The notes: a model not told the origin generated them from the sequence alone. A stretch of DNA of 51,075 nt from a virus (IMGVR_UViG_2872698443_000004:1-51075); one strand, 5' to 3'. Counted from the stretch's first letter, positions 38,654-49,221 are shown. Program-made: numbers and translations.

Positions 38654-39330
38654 GCAAATACACCGAACTGATCACGAACTACCACGCCACCAAACCTAAA
38701 TTTCTTGCACATGTTGATCTGATGACCCGGCCGCTTATTGATGTTGCGGCTGCCACCAGAGGGCTGATTACTGCATTTGATATTGACTCTGCGGTTGGTG
38801 TGCAACTTGACATTCTTGGATTGTGGATCGGACGTAGCCGTGTTGTCAGCCAGCCTATCTCAGGTGTCTATTTCAGCTGGGATACCGACGGGCTTGGATA
38901 TGATCAGGGTGTATGGCAGGGGCCATACGATCCTGATTCCGGATACATGTACCTCAGCGATGAAACTTATCGTGTCATCCTTAAAGCGAAGATTGCGATT
39001 AATAACTGGGACGGACGGAATGATTCGCTTCCAGCAATTCTTGACGCGGCGACAGCAGGATCCGGGCTGCGAATGCAGATCGTCGACAACCAGGACATGA
39101 CGATATCGGTCTGGGTCTTTCCCGATAATGATATTTCAGATGTATCGCGTGAGTTAATTGCTGCAATTAAACAGGGATATCTCACAGTAAAAGCCGCCGG
39201 TGTGTGGGCGGGCGGCATTGAAACACCTTCGGTGGAAGCCCCATCGGAAGGCTCAAAATTTTTTGGTTTTGATATGGATAACGAATACATCGATGGGTTC
39301 GATGTTGGAGCATGGGGGACAATACTCTAA
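38650..39330 (+). CDS. Tail protein (gp48 / P2 gpI-like)
   Basis: 226 aa, synteny. Confidence 0.5.
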   Translation: MSKYTELITNYHATKPKFLAHVDLMTRPLIDVAAATRGLITAFDIDSAVGVQLDILGLWIGRSRVVSQPISGVYFSWDTDGLGYDQGVWQGPYDPDSGYMYLSDETYRVILKAKIAINNWDGRNDSLPAILDAATAGSGLRMQIVDNQDMTISVWVFPDNDISDVSRELIAAIKQGYLTVKAAGVWAGGIETPSVEAPSEGSKFFGFDMDNEYIDGFDVGAWGTIL

Positions 39331-40364
39331 TGGCAACAAACAACTTTAAACCGTTCGCGACAGCGGCAAATGCTAACGTGACGGCCCAGGCTGACTGGGA
39401 AGCGCTTCCGGCTCTACTCTCTGGTTTCATGGCAGGAAAAGCATCCAGTGCGCAGGTAAACAAAGCCATTCGACAGGCCAGCTTTATTGCGGCAGCGCTT
39501 GCGCAGTACACAGCCAACAAAAGTGGGCTGGACGTGCTTGATGATGGTGACCTGAACGGCTTTATCTCCAAAATGGGAACCGCTTTTGGGAAGGATTTCC
39601 AGGCACTTGATGCCACGCTGACGGCATTGGCAGGGCTGGCAACCGGTGAAAATAAACTCCCGTATTTCACTGGAAATGATACAGCAGCGCAGACTGATTT
39701 AACTTCTGTCGGCCGCGACATTATTGGTAAAAGCACTATTGCTGACATTCTCACATACCTTGGTTTACCGGAATTACTGAACCTGAAGAGAGATAAGACA
39801 GATAACAGATTCTCGACTTTCGTGTTTGAGTCTGGCAGGCCAGAGGATAGTCTTTGGCTGGCATATGATGAACAGAAGAAACAATTTGCTATCGCTTTTA
39901 AAGTCGACGGTGCCGCAAAATACGTATATCTGCAAAACAAAGGAGGAAGTCTTGCTCTTGAAGAACAGGTAACGGCGCAGGCAATACTGACAAAACTGCT
40001 TCAGGTTGATGGTTCCGGGTCAGGGCTTGATGCCGATTTGGTGCGCGGGCTACCTGCTGATTTTGGTAGTTCACCGTCAACTAATGGATATCAGAAGTTA
40101 CCGTCCGGCATGATTATACAGTGGGGGATGTCAGAGGTTACACCAACGGATGTCTACGTAAAATTCCCGGTGGCTTTCACAAGACCACCACTGTTTGTCG
40201 GCGAGTCTTCGCCGGGCGGCGGACAAACGACATCAGTGTGGACAGCTAATGCTATAACGAATGTCGGATTTAATGCCACACAGATTTGCGTGTTAAGCAA
40301 CACATCAGACAGAGTGCTCCTTCCCGATAATAACGCCACCACCTGGCTAGCGATAGGATTTTAA
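39312..40364 (+). CDS. Tail fiber protein
   Basis: 350 aa, directly upstream of tail fiber assembly gene. Confidence 0.6.
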   Translation: MGDNTLMATNNFKPFATAANANVTAQADWEALPALLSGFMAGKASSAQVNKAIRQASFIAAALAQYTANKSGLDVLDDGDLNGFISKMGTAFGKDFQALDATLTALAGLATGENKLPYFTGNDTAAQTDLTSVGRDIIGKSTIADILTYLGLPELLNLKRDKTDNRFSTFVFESGRPEDSLWLAYDEQKKQFAIAFKVDGAAKYVYLQNKGGSLALEEQVTAQAILTKLLQVDGSGSGLDADLVRGLPADFGSSPSTNGYQKLPSGMIIQWGMSEVTPTDVYVKFPVAFTRPPLFVGESSPGGGQTTSVWTANAITNVGFNATQICVLSNTSDRVLLPDNNATTWLAIGF

Positions 40365-40366
40365 TT

Positions 40367-40801
40367 ATGGATATGTGCTTCTCAGCCACAACGTTGGCGT
40401 TTTATCCTCTGGATATGAAAGACGGCTATATCGCCGCCGGAACATGGCCGGATGATATCGTTAAACTGACGGATTCAGAGCGTGATAAATACTGGATGAA
40501 ACCGGCTCCGGAAGGAAAAGAACTCGGCAGTGTCAAAGGTCGACCTGCCTGGGTGAATGTCACTCTGCCTACCCATGAGGAATTGGTGCATCAGGCGGAA
40601 GTCAAAAAAGTATTTCTGATATCAGAAGTGAAATCGGAAACAGAGATGCTACGGACAAGACTGGCGCTCAAACGCATCAAGCCAGATGAAGAAGCACTTT
40701 TGAACGCCTGGTTTGATTATCTGGACGCACTGGAACTGGTCGATACTTCCAGTGCGCCAGATATTGAATGGCCTACGCCTCCGGCAGTTCAGGCCAGATG
40801 A
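40367..40801 (+). CDS. Tail fiber assembly protein (Tfa)
   Basis: 144 aa; N-terminal FYPLDMKDGYIAAG and C-terminal LDALELVDTS...WPTPP motifs. Confidence 0.6.
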   Translation: MDMCFSATTLAFYPLDMKDGYIAAGTWPDDIVKLTDSERDKYWMKPAPEGKELGSVKGRPAWVNVTLPTHEELVHQAEVKKVFLISEVKSETEMLRTRLALKRIKPDEEALLNAWFDYLDALELVDTSSAPDIEWPTPPAVQAR

Positions 40802-41510
40802 CATCCGGCGCACATGACAAAACTGAGACACACAAATATTTGCACTGGATTGCAAGGCTTTGTGCTATTCGATAGTTAAGGTGGATCACTCCACCTTTTC
40901 ATCAAGCCAATCCGCCCACCACTGCATCATTTCTCTGCGCTTATCGTGGCAGATGCCTCACTATCACACGGTGATGGTTCATTACTGGTTTGCATAATGG
41001 ATAGAGAACTGCGGATAAAAGATATCCCAAAACCCCAAAATCTCATCTTTAGGATTTGCAGAAAGGGAGGCGTGAACAAATACCTGCGCATGAAAGCGGA
41101 ACTAGTCCAGATGTGATGCTTGTGGTGATCACATACATCATTAACGATGCTCGTTATGGTGAGTTTGATGACTACCCTCTGAAGTGAAAATTGTGTTGTG
41201 TACCAAATTGCGTACCAAACTAAAATCACAAATCATGAAACCCTTGTTCATGGCGGTTCTCAGGGGTGTTGCGCGTAATCGTGAAACAAAAAGGTAGATT
41301 GTTGCTTACCGTCATTCATCATTAGGTTAAATCCGTTATTTCTGCTGTCTGCCAGAGTATCAAATATCACCGTACTAATCAGCTTTAGCGCCACAAGATC
41401 ATGTCAGATAAAAATGAGAGGGTAGTCACATTTTCTTGCACTTTATTCCAGCCAGTTCATAAGTATTTCCGTAAAAAGAACAGCTATTTGAAACTCCTGA
41501 GGGTTTGCTG

Positions 41511-42677
41511 TTGAAACGCCGTCTTATTATTGCTGCTTCTTTGTTCGTTTTTAACTTATCGTCTGGTTTTGCGGCGGAAAACATTCCTTTTTCACCTCAG
41601 CCTCCAGAGATTCGTGCCGGGTCCTGGGTATTGATGGATTACACCACCGGTCAGATCCTCACCGCGGGTAATGAGCATCAACAGCGCAATCCCGCCAGCC
41701 TGACAAAGCTGATGACGGGTTATGTCGTGGATCGCGCTATCGATAGTCATCGCATTACGCCAGACGATATTGTCACCGTGGGGCGCGATGCGTGGGCGAA
41801 AGATAATCCGGTGTTTGTCGGTTCTTCACTGATGTTTTTGAAAGAGGGCGATCGCGTATCGGTACGTGATTTAAGCCGTGGTTTAATTGTGGATTCCGGA
41901 AATGACGCTTGTGTTGCTCTGGCTGACTATATTGCCGGTGGGCAACGGCAGTTTGTTGAAATGATGAACAACTATGCCGAGAAGCTGCATCTCAAGGATA
42001 CGCATTTTGAAACAGTGCATGGTCTGGATGCACCTGGCCAGCATAGCTCGGCTTATGATTTAGCTGTGCTTTCTCGCGCTATCATCCACGGCGAGCCCGA
42101 GTTTTATCATATGTACAGTGAGAAAAGTCTCACCTGGAACGGTATCACCCAGCAAAACCGTAACGGGTTGTTGTGGGATAAAACCATGAATGTTGACGGC
42201 CTGAAAACGGGTCATACTTCTGGTGCCGGGTTTAATCTCATTGCTTCGGCTGTAGATGGGCAGCGTCGTCTCATTGCAGTGGTAATGGGGGCTGACAGTG
42301 CAAAAGGTCGTGAGGAAGAGGCAAGAAAATTACTGCGTTGGGGGCAACAAAACTTTACTACGGTGCAAATTTTGCACCGTGGGAAAAAGGTCGGAACGGA
42401 ACGCATCTGGTATGGCGATAAAGAAAATATCGACCTGGGAACGGAACAAGAGTTCTGGATGGTGCTACCGAAAGCCGAAATTCCACATATCAAAGCCAAA
42501 TATACCCTTGATGGTAAAGAGCTCACCGCGCCAATTAGCGCCCATCAGCGGGTAGGGGAAATTGAACTTTACGACCGTGATAAACAGGTGGCGCACTGGC
42601 CGCTGGTTACCCTGGAATCTGTCGGGGAAGGCGGCATGTTTTCCCGCCTGAGTGATTATTTCCACCATAAGGCCTGA
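41511..42677 (+). CDS. dacD: D-alanyl-D-alanine carboxypeptidase DacD (PBP6b)
   Basis: SLTK active-site motif, signal peptide; likely TTG start 41511 with AGGG SD (track start 41505 also TTG). Confidence 0.85.
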   Translation: MKRRLIIAASLFVFNLSSGFAAENIPFSPQPPEIRAGSWVLMDYTTGQILTAGNEHQQRNPASLTKLMTGYVVDRAIDSHRITPDDIVTVGRDAWAKDNPVFVGSSLMFLKEGDRVSVRDLSRGLIVDSGNDACVALADYIAGGQRQFVEMMNNYAEKLHLKDTHFETVHGLDAPGQHSSAYDLAVLSRAIIHGEPEFYHMYSEKSLTWNGITQQNRNGLLWDKTMNVDGLKTGHTSGAGFNLIASAVDGQRRLIAVVMGADSAKGREEEARKLLRWGQQNFTTVQILHRGKKVGTERIWYGDKENIDLGTEQEFWMVLPKAEIPHIKAKYTLDGKELTAPISAHQRVGEIELYDRDKQVAHWPLVTLESVGEGGMFSRLSDYFHHKA

Positions 42678-42795
42678 CCTTTCTTTTGCAGCAGACTGGC
42701 AGGAGTGCGAGTCTGCTCGCATAATCAACACTCATTCCTTGTGGTTTTAATATTGCAACTATACTGTATATAAAAACAGTGTTAATGGAGGCGTC

Positions 42796-43269
42796 ATGAA
42801 CTACGAGATTAAGCAGGAAGAGAAACGTACCGTTGCAGGTTTCCATCTCGTTGGCCCGTGGGAACAGACGGTAAAGAAAGGCTTTGAGCAGTTGATGATG
42901 TGGGTAGATAGTAAAAATATTGTGCCGAAGGAGTGGGTTGCTGTCTATTACGACAATCCAGATGAAACACCCGCCGAAAAATTACGCTGCGGCACCGTCG
43001 TGACGGTGCCGGGTTACTTTACGCTTCCCGAAAACAGTGAGGGCGTCATTCTGACAGAAATTTCAGGTGGTCAGTATGCGGTGGCGGTAGCTCGTGTAGT
43101 CGGTGATGATTTTGCTAAACCCTGGTATCAGTTCTTTAATAGCCTCTTGCAGGACAGTGCTTATGAAATGTTACCAAAGCCCTGCTTCGAGGTTTACTTG
43201 AACAATGGCGCGGAAGATGGGTACTGGGATATCGAAATGTATGTTGCGGTGCAGCCAAAACATCACTAA
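42796..43269 (+). CDS. sbmC: DNA gyrase inhibitor SbmC (GyrI)
   Basis: 157 aa, GGAGG SD; matches recalled SbmC. Confidence 0.85.
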   Translation: MNYEIKQEEKRTVAGFHLVGPWEQTVKKGFEQLMMWVDSKNIVPKEWVAVYYDNPDETPAEKLRCGTVVTVPGYFTLPENSEGVILTEISGGQYAVAVARVVGDDFAKPWYQFFNSLLQDSAYEMLPKPCFEVYLNNGAEDGYWDIEMYVAVQPKHH

Positions 43270-43466
43270 TTCATCTCAGGGCGGTGTGTTAACGCGATGA
43301 CCACTCTTTTTTTGAAAGCGAAAAGAGTAAGATGCGCCTTTCAAATTTTTCGCTCCTGCCGGGAAATTACACTGTTCCCGGTATGTCCGTCGGATAATTC
43401 AGAGGCGCGCCTTCTGGCCGACAGATGAGTTATGAGCGCTTTTAATCTTCATTACGGAGTTTCTGC

Positions 43467-44525
43467 GTGCGTGCCGATAAGTCATTAAGCCCGTTTGAAA
43501 TCCGGGTATACCGCCATTACCGCATTGTGCATGGTACTCGGGTCGCGCTGGCATTCCTGCTCACTTTTCTCATTATCCGCCTGTTTACTATCCCGGAAAG
43601 CACCTGGCCGCTGGTCACCATGGTGGTGATTATGGGGCCAATCTCGTTCTGGGGTAACGTTGTCCCTCGCGCCTTCGAACGTATTGGCGGTACGGTGTTG
43701 GGTTCGATTTTGGGTCTTATCGCTCTGCAACTGGAGTTAATTTCGTTACCGCTGATGTTAGTCTGGTGCGCGGCGGCGATGTTTCTTTGCGGTTGGCTGG
43801 CGCTGGGCAAGAAACCGTATCAAGGATTATTGATTGGGGTGACGCTGGCAATTGTTGTTGGTTCCCCGACAGGTGAAATTGATACGGCGTTATGGCGAAG
43901 CGGCGATGTGATCCTCGGCTCTTTACTGGCAATGTTGTTTACCGGTATCTGGCCACAACGGGCGTTCATCCACTGGCGCATTCAACTGGCGAAAAGTCTG
44001 ACCGAGTATAATCGGGTCTATCAATCTGCATTCTCACCGAACTTACTCGAACGCCCACGTCTGGAAAGCCATCTACAAAAACTCTTGACCGATGCCGTGA
44101 AAATGCGTGGGCTGATTGCGCCCGCCAGCAAAGAAACTCGTATTCCAAAATCGATATATGAAGGTATCCAGACCATTAATCGCAATCTGGTTTGTATGCT
44201 GGAGTTGCAAATCAATGCATACTGGGCCACGCGCCCCAGCCATTTCGTGTTATTGAACGCGCAAAAACTTCGTGATACCCAGCATATGATGCAGCAAATA
44301 CTGCTGAGCCTTGTTCATGCGCTGTACGAAGGTAATCCGCAGCCGGTTTTTGCCAATACGGAAAAATTGAACGATGCTGTGGAAGAGCTGCGTCAGTTGC
44401 TGAATAACCACCATGACCTGAAGGTTGTGGAAACACCAATCTATGGTTATGTGTGGCTGAACATGGAAACGGCACATCAGCTTGAGTTGCTATCGAATCT
44501 GATTTGCCGGGCCTTGCGCAAATAA
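43467..44525 (+). CDS. yeeA: Inner membrane protein YeeA
   Basis: 352 aa multi-TM; GTG start with GGAG SD; synteny sbmC-yeeA-yeeX. Confidence 0.8.
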   Translation: MRADKSLSPFEIRVYRHYRIVHGTRVALAFLLTFLIIRLFTIPESTWPLVTMVVIMGPISFWGNVVPRAFERIGGTVLGSILGLIALQLELISLPLMLVWCAAAMFLCGWLALGKKPYQGLLIGVTLAIVVGSPTGEIDTALWRSGDVILGSLLAMLFTGIWPQRAFIHWRIQLAKSLTEYNRVYQSAFSPNLLERPRLESHLQKLLTDAVKMRGLIAPASKETRIPKSIYEGIQTINRNLVCMLELQINAYWATRPSHFVLLNAQKLRDTQHMMQQILLSLVHALYEGNPQPVFANTEKLNDAVEELRQLLNNHHDLKVVETPIYGYVWLNMETAHQLELLSNLICRALRK

Positions 44526-44696
44526 TTCCTGAACTTCAGAATCATCTTGCTGCTGCTTCGATTCAGCAAGGATAAAGGGTATGATAGTGAAAAGGGATAA
44601 AAGCATTGTCATCTGCGGCAGCTATGAGTAATGTTGGCCCTAACGAATAGCGGTTGCTTAAACGAATCCGACTCTCACATTATCAGGGGTATAAAA

Positions 44697-45026
44697 ATGG
44701 AAACTACCAAGCCTTCATTCCAGGACGTACTGGAATTTGTTCGTCTGTTCCGTCGTAAGAACAAACTGCAACGTGAAATTCAGGACGTTGAGAAAAAGAT
44801 TCGTGACAACCAGAAGCGCGTCCTGTTGCTGGACAACCTGAGCGATTACATCAAGCCGGGGATGAGCGTTGAAGCAATCCAGGGCATCATCGCCAGCATG
44901 AAAGGTGACTATGAAGATCGCGTTGACGATTACATCATCAAAAATGCCGAGCTCTCCAAAGAACGCCGCGATATCTCCAAAAAGCTGAAAGCTATGGGCG
45001 AAATGAAAAACGGCGAAGCGAAGTAA
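44697..45026 (+). CDS. yeeX: YeeX (UPF0265 family)
   Basis: 109 aa from ATG 44697; downstream hairpin GAGGGTTGCC-CG-GCAACCCTC. Confidence 0.8.
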   Translation: METTKPSFQDVLEFVRLFRRKNKLQREIQDVEKKIRDNQKRVLLLDNLSDYIKPGMSVEAIQGIIASMKGDYEDRVDDYIIKNAELSKERRDISKKLKAMGEMKNGEAK

Positions 45027-45126
45027 TTCCCGTTTTATTCAATGAGGGTTGCCCGGCAACCCTCATTGCTCATTGATTCTTATCTGTGTATCACCGTCAT
45101 CATTCTCATCTGAGAACCTGTCGAAA

Positions 45127-45309
45127 TTAACAACAGCCTTCTTCTGTATGCAGCAAGGCAAAAAGTTCTGTAACTCCATTGTTATTAACTGCACTGGTTA
45201 CTAACACGTTGTGCGCTCCAGCTTCCCGTAACCAACTTTTCACCAAAGATATTTGTTCCATGCTGGCTAAATCTGCTTTGGTTACTACTCCAATGACCGG
45301 GTGATTCAT
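45127..45309 (-). pseudogene. yoeF: EutP/PduV-like GTPase C-terminal fragment (yoeF-like)
   Basis: Only C-terminal ~60 aa (VIGVVTKADLA...) look protein-like; N-terminal part of track ORF is antisense to a transposase remnant. Confidence 0.4.
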
Positions 45310-45368
45310 GGCCCGGTAGGGCGTTTTTACCTCTAATTCCTGCTTCAGCGCTGAGATTCCTGCTTGTT

Positions 45369-45509
45369 GCCGGAAAAGCAGGCACCTGCCGTCTGAACGG
45401 TATCGATCCGGAAGCGTATCTGCGCCATATTCTGAGCATACTGCCGGAATGGCCCTCCAACCGTGTTGACGAACTCCTGCCATGGAACGTAGTTCTCACC
45501 AATAAATAA
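45369..45509 (+). pseudogene. Transposase C-terminal remnant
   Basis: Open frame ending ...GIDPEAYLRHILSILPEWPSNRVDELLPWNVVLTNK; no start or N-terminal part; followed by hairpin. Confidence 0.4.
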
Positions 45510-45923
45510 GCGTCAATACGGTGCTCCGTTGACGCTTACTTTAATCCGTTTTCTGAGCTTAGATTTTTCTGTTCCTACCCAGACCGTGGATTTGGAATTC
45601 ATTTTTTGTCAGGTCAATGCTAATCGTTAAAACGGCCATAACGCACCTCCACTGGAAGGTTTATCAGTAATATCCTACCGTTGCTTCATGGTCGGGGCGT
45701 CCATTCCATTATTATCGGTTTTCCTTTCTGTTTATAAATGAAAACGCCAGCTGTATTCAGGCTGGCGTCAGGGGAAATGAAGCCTGTTGAGTGAGATTCA
45801 CCGGTTCTGGTGCAGAAGCTGCAGATGGCGCAGGGTAAGGACATCTTCTCTTGCCTGCTTAATACAGGACAACAGTGCTGTTTCTGTGGTTAATGGCACT
45901 ATACCCTGCATCACTGCATTGTC

Positions 45924-46118
45924 TTACAGCAACTGGTGAGGGCTGGCATAAGTTGCCGGTGTTTCGGTAGAGTCACGGTCATCCACCACGCGGAGTGAAT
46001 AACCTTTTTCAGCGGCCTTATTAATCAGTTCAGTGATATTAACACCATCAATGTCAACGACAATGTGCCCCATATCCAGCGCCTGTACGTTAACGCTGTC
46101 GGCTTCCAGTGTCATCAT
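45924..46118 (-). CDS. yeeW: YeeW-like protein
   Basis: 64 aa; start overlaps cbtA stop (ATGA). Confidence 0.75.
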   Translation of the reverse strand: MMTLEADSVNVQALDMGHIVVDIDGVNITELINKAAEKGYSLRVVDDRDSTETPATYASPHQLL

Positions 46119-46488
46119 TTCGCCTCCGGATACTTACCCAGGGTAATGTTATTTACCGTTCTGTAATTGTCGCGGGTCATCAGGCCGGTCGCCCTGCGAG
46201 CCCGGAGGATATCGATGCTGTTTATTAACTGAGAGCGGGTACAGGCGCTGAATCCCGGCTGGTCGGTAGCACCAGCGCGTATTTTTCCACGAGAAAGTTC
46301 ACCGCATCACACAGTGAAATGCCTGCCTCAATATGCTGCTCAATCACACGTTCATCGGCAAAAGGTGTGTCATTCAGTGTGAGGCCATAGTGCTGGTCCA
46401 GCAGTCGGGACAGCAGTATCTGCCAGATTTCAACAGGAGACGGGCGAGAACTGGTCGCCTGCCCGGGTAATACAGGTAATGTTTTCAT
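46115..46488 (-). pseudogene. cbtA: CbtA (YeeV) toxin gene, frameshifted
   Basis: N-terminal 73 aa read normally then 14 out-of-frame codons to a stop at 46225; recognisable C-terminus continues in another frame down to 46115. Confidence 0.7.
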
Positions 46489-46576
46489 ACTGAAGATTTT
46501 CCTGATATGCAGATATAAAAATGGAAAAGTGGCGTGGTGAAAACACCAGGCCGTAGCAGAAGGCTATTCTGGAGAG

Positions 46577-46945
46577 TTAATTTTTCATTTCGGGCGTCGG
46601 ATAAACAGCCAGATAAACGTAACCACAACTGCTGAGGGTATCGGCTTTGCAGGTCAGCCCTTTTGCATACAGCGTGACGGTATGCTGATGGCGGGGATTC
46701 AGTTCACCGCTGGTGAGCATGAGTTCCAGTTGTTTCATCAGCAGCGGAAAGGCCTGGTCCAGGTGGTACGCATCTGCATCGCTGAACAGGCCTCTGATAC
46801 CGGCGCGGTCGGCAAGGTAATGCAACCGGTTACCCTCCTGCACCAGACGTGCCCCGAAACAGGGCGTCACGGTGCAGGGCAGCCCCCACCAGGGGCGGTC
46901 GTGATTGTCGTCGGGAAGTGTTGTCCCGGGGAGTGTGTCTGACAC
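46577..46945 (-). CDS. cbeA: CbeA (YeeU) antitoxin
   Basis: 122 aa, intact. Confidence 0.85.
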   Translation of the reverse strand: MSDTLPGTTLPDDNHDRPWWGLPCTVTPCFGARLVQEGNRLHYLADRAGIRGLFSDADAYHLDQAFPLLMKQLELMLTSGELNPRHQHTVTLYAKGLTCKADTLSSCGYVYLAVYPTPEMKN

Positions 46946-47018
46946 GATAAAATCCTTACAGAAAATCGGCTAAGAATGGTCCGGTAGTGGCGATAATTCT
47001 GCTCATCAGAATTCCCAC

Positions 47019-47240
47019 TCAGTTCAGGGTGACGCTCATCAGCCGGACATACGGACCAAAACTGTCCTTACGGCGTTCAGCAAACACGGCCAGCACACCG
47101 GGAATATCCTGCACTTCACGACCGGTATACGCTTCAGCACTGCCGTGCCAGCGGTATTTACCGGTACAGAACGGAAAAAGACGGGATGTCGGATGTTGTT
47201 GGTGAATACGCATGGCTTCACCACGGGTGATAATTTTCAT
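47019..47240 (-). CDS. yeeT: YeeT-like protein
   Basis: 73 aa, synteny. Confidence 0.75.
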   Translation of the reverse strand: MKIITRGEAMRIHQQHPTSRLFPFCTGKYRWHGSAEAYTGREVQDIPGVLAVFAERRKDSFGPYVRLMSVTLN

Positions 47241-47302
47241 AATGGGATACCTCTGAAGACAGAAGATAAAAGTGAAAACAGGTGTGATGTGGTTGTGAAG
47301 GG

Positions 47303-47794
47303 TTAAAGCAGACCATGTTCGGCAAAGGAGAAAACCTGGTTGCCACCGACTATCAGATGGTCCGGCACCCGGATATCCACCAGGCCCAGTGCCTGTACCA
47401 GACGTTCCGTGATAAGGCGGTCTGCCTTACTGGGTGTGACTTCACCGGAGGGGTGATTGTGTGCCAGCACCACGGCAGCGGCATTGTGGTACAGGGCGCG
47501 TTTAATCACTTCCCGGGGATGGACTTCCGTGCGGTTGATGGTGCCGGTAAAGAGGGTTTCACCGGCAATCAGTTGATTCTGGTTATTCAGATACAGCACC
47601 CGGAATTCTTCACGCTCCAGTCCCGCCATGTTCAGAATCAGCCATTCCCGTGCTGCACGGGTGGAGGTGAAGGCCACGCCGGGTTCATGAAGATGGCGGT
47701 CCAGGGTTTTCAGGGCCCGTTGAATGAGGCTGCGCTCGCCGGGCGTCATCTCTCCGGGCAGAAAGGAAAGTTGTTGCATTGTGCTTCTCTCCAT
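47303..47794 (-). CDS. yeeS: RadC-like JAB-domain protein (YeeS)
   Basis: HNHPSG JAMM motif; start may be the internal Met (MQQLSF). Confidence 0.8.
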   Translation of the reverse strand: MERSTMQQLSFLPGEMTPGERSLIQRALKTLDRHLHEPGVAFTSTRAAREWLILNMAGLEREEFRVLYLNNQNQLIAGETLFTGTINRTEVHPREVIKRALYHNAAAVVLAHNHPSGEVTPSKADRLITERLVQALGLVDIRVPDHLIVGGNQVFSFAEHGLL

Positions 47795-48274
47795 TCAGTC
47801 GATGATGCGCATAATGGCGCTGCATTCCGGATGCTGCAGGGCGTAATCCCGCAACCGGTAATAATGGACCGTCATGGCATAATTCTCCGTACGACAGGCA
47901 TGATGACTGTACGTCATCAGACAGGCGGCAATACCGGCGGCTTCCGGGCTCATTTCTGCGCGGTTACCGTTCATGGCATTGAACAGTACCCATGTTTCGT
48001 CATCATCGTCATCCGGTTCGGGTGCCATAAATGCCCCGCCGTTGTTCAGGGTGTACAGATTCCAGATACCACCGCAGTAGTCTTCGCACAGACGGTCCAT
48101 CCAGCCGAAGACACGGGGCTCCAGGGTCACCCACTGTGGAATGAGGCCAAAATGCTGCGGCCAGAAGCTGATGCGCTGTTCATCAGGGACGAGGCTGGCA
48201 ACCAACTGAGGCGGATTATTCTCTGGTGTTGTAGCTGAATAAATTGTGGGGGTATTCTGAGAAACGGTTTTCAT
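47795..48274 (-). CDS. Antirestriction protein (KlcA/ArdB-like)
   Basis: 159 aa with acidic patch EPDDDDDE; usual position upstream of radC-like gene. Confidence 0.65.
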   Translation of the reverse strand: MKTVSQNTPTIYSATTPENNPPQLVASLVPDEQRISFWPQHFGLIPQWVTLEPRVFGWMDRLCEDYCGGIWNLYTLNNGGAFMAPEPDDDDDETWVLFNAMNGNRAEMSPEAAGIAACLMTYSHHACRTENYAMTVHYYRLRDYALQHPECSAIMRIID

Positions 48275-48355
48275 GAGATAACTCCTTAAATAACAAATAA
48301 ATGTGTGTTTTTCAGGAACGAAAGCTGAATGATTCCCTCACTCAGGGAAACGGCA

Positions 48356-49177
48356 TCAGCGCAGGCTCTCCAGCATCGTTTCTGCCATCACCCACAATGC
48401 GCGATTGAGCTTAATGTCGGTATCAATGCTGTGAATGGCCCGGGTATGGATACGTTTTCCTTTTGCACTGCGACCGGAAATCCCGCCTTTCAGCATATTC
48501 TCCTGGATGGTCTGATATGCGCTCCACAGGTCCTTACCGTAATCCTCCCGGCGTCGCGGCGTCAGAATGTCGGCGGTGGTGACGGGCTGATGTTCGTCAC
48601 CATAACGGTAAGTCAGTGCCGCCTGTGCCAGCGCCTGGCGTGCCGGTGGCGGCAGGACCAGCGACTGCATGGCATCACGCTTCTCCTCTATCCGGTCAAA
48701 CACGCCCACCACCTCGTAAGCCCCTTCGATAACTTTCTCCACTACATTTCCCCGGTGTGGAACACGCACTTCCCCCAGAGACTGGCCACAGACGCACCCG
48801 TTCTGGCAGACGAACCTGAAGTAACCCGGCAGCATCTGGTAGCTGGAGGTACCGTCATGAGAGTTGAGCAGAATAATTTCAGGGACATGTTCTCCGTTTA
48901 TCTCTCCGGCCCGCCGCAGACGCAGCATGTGTTTTGTGTATCCCCGGCGGCCCGGGTCGCGCACACGGGTCTGGCAGGCGAAGAACGGCTGAAAGCCTTC
49001 CCGCTGCAGATTTTCCAGGACGGTAATGGTGGGAATGTACGCATACCGTTCACTGCGGGAGGTGTGCCGGTCTTCCCCAAAAATACTGGGTACATGGCGT
49101 ATCAGTTCTTCATGTGTCAGCGGACGGTCACGGCGTATCTGGTTTGCAGCATAACCAAAACGACTTGCTAATCGCAT
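48356..49177 (-). CDS. DUF932-like protein
   Basis: 273 aa; synteny with antirestriction/radC cluster. Confidence 0.6.
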   Translation of the reverse strand: MRLASRFGYAANQIRRDRPLTHEELIRHVPSIFGEDRHTSRSERYAYIPTITVLENLQREGFQPFFACQTRVRDPGRRGYTKHMLRLRRAGEINGEHVPEIILLNSHDGTSSYQMLPGYFRFVCQNGCVCGQSLGEVRVPHRGNVVEKVIEGAYEVVGVFDRIEEKRDAMQSLVLPPPARQALAQAALTYRYGDEHQPVTTADILTPRRREDYGKDLWSAYQTIQENMLKGGISGRSAKGKRIHTRAIHSIDTDIKLNRALWVMAETMLESLR

Positions 49178-49221
49178 ACTTTGCTCCTTATCGGTGGTTA
49201 AGATTTACTGGTGCAATAAAT

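Noticed and set aside
41072-41116. 14-codon mini-ORF (GTG start) preceded by a strong AAAGGGAGG Shine-Dalgarno
   Set aside because: Too short to assess and without conservation evidence; could be a leader peptide, but this is unsupported from sequence alone.
40927-41229. 100-aa minus-strand ORF in the prophage-chromosome junction
   Set aside because: No ribosome-binding site, odd composition, and it lies in an AT-rich intergenic region; likely spurious.
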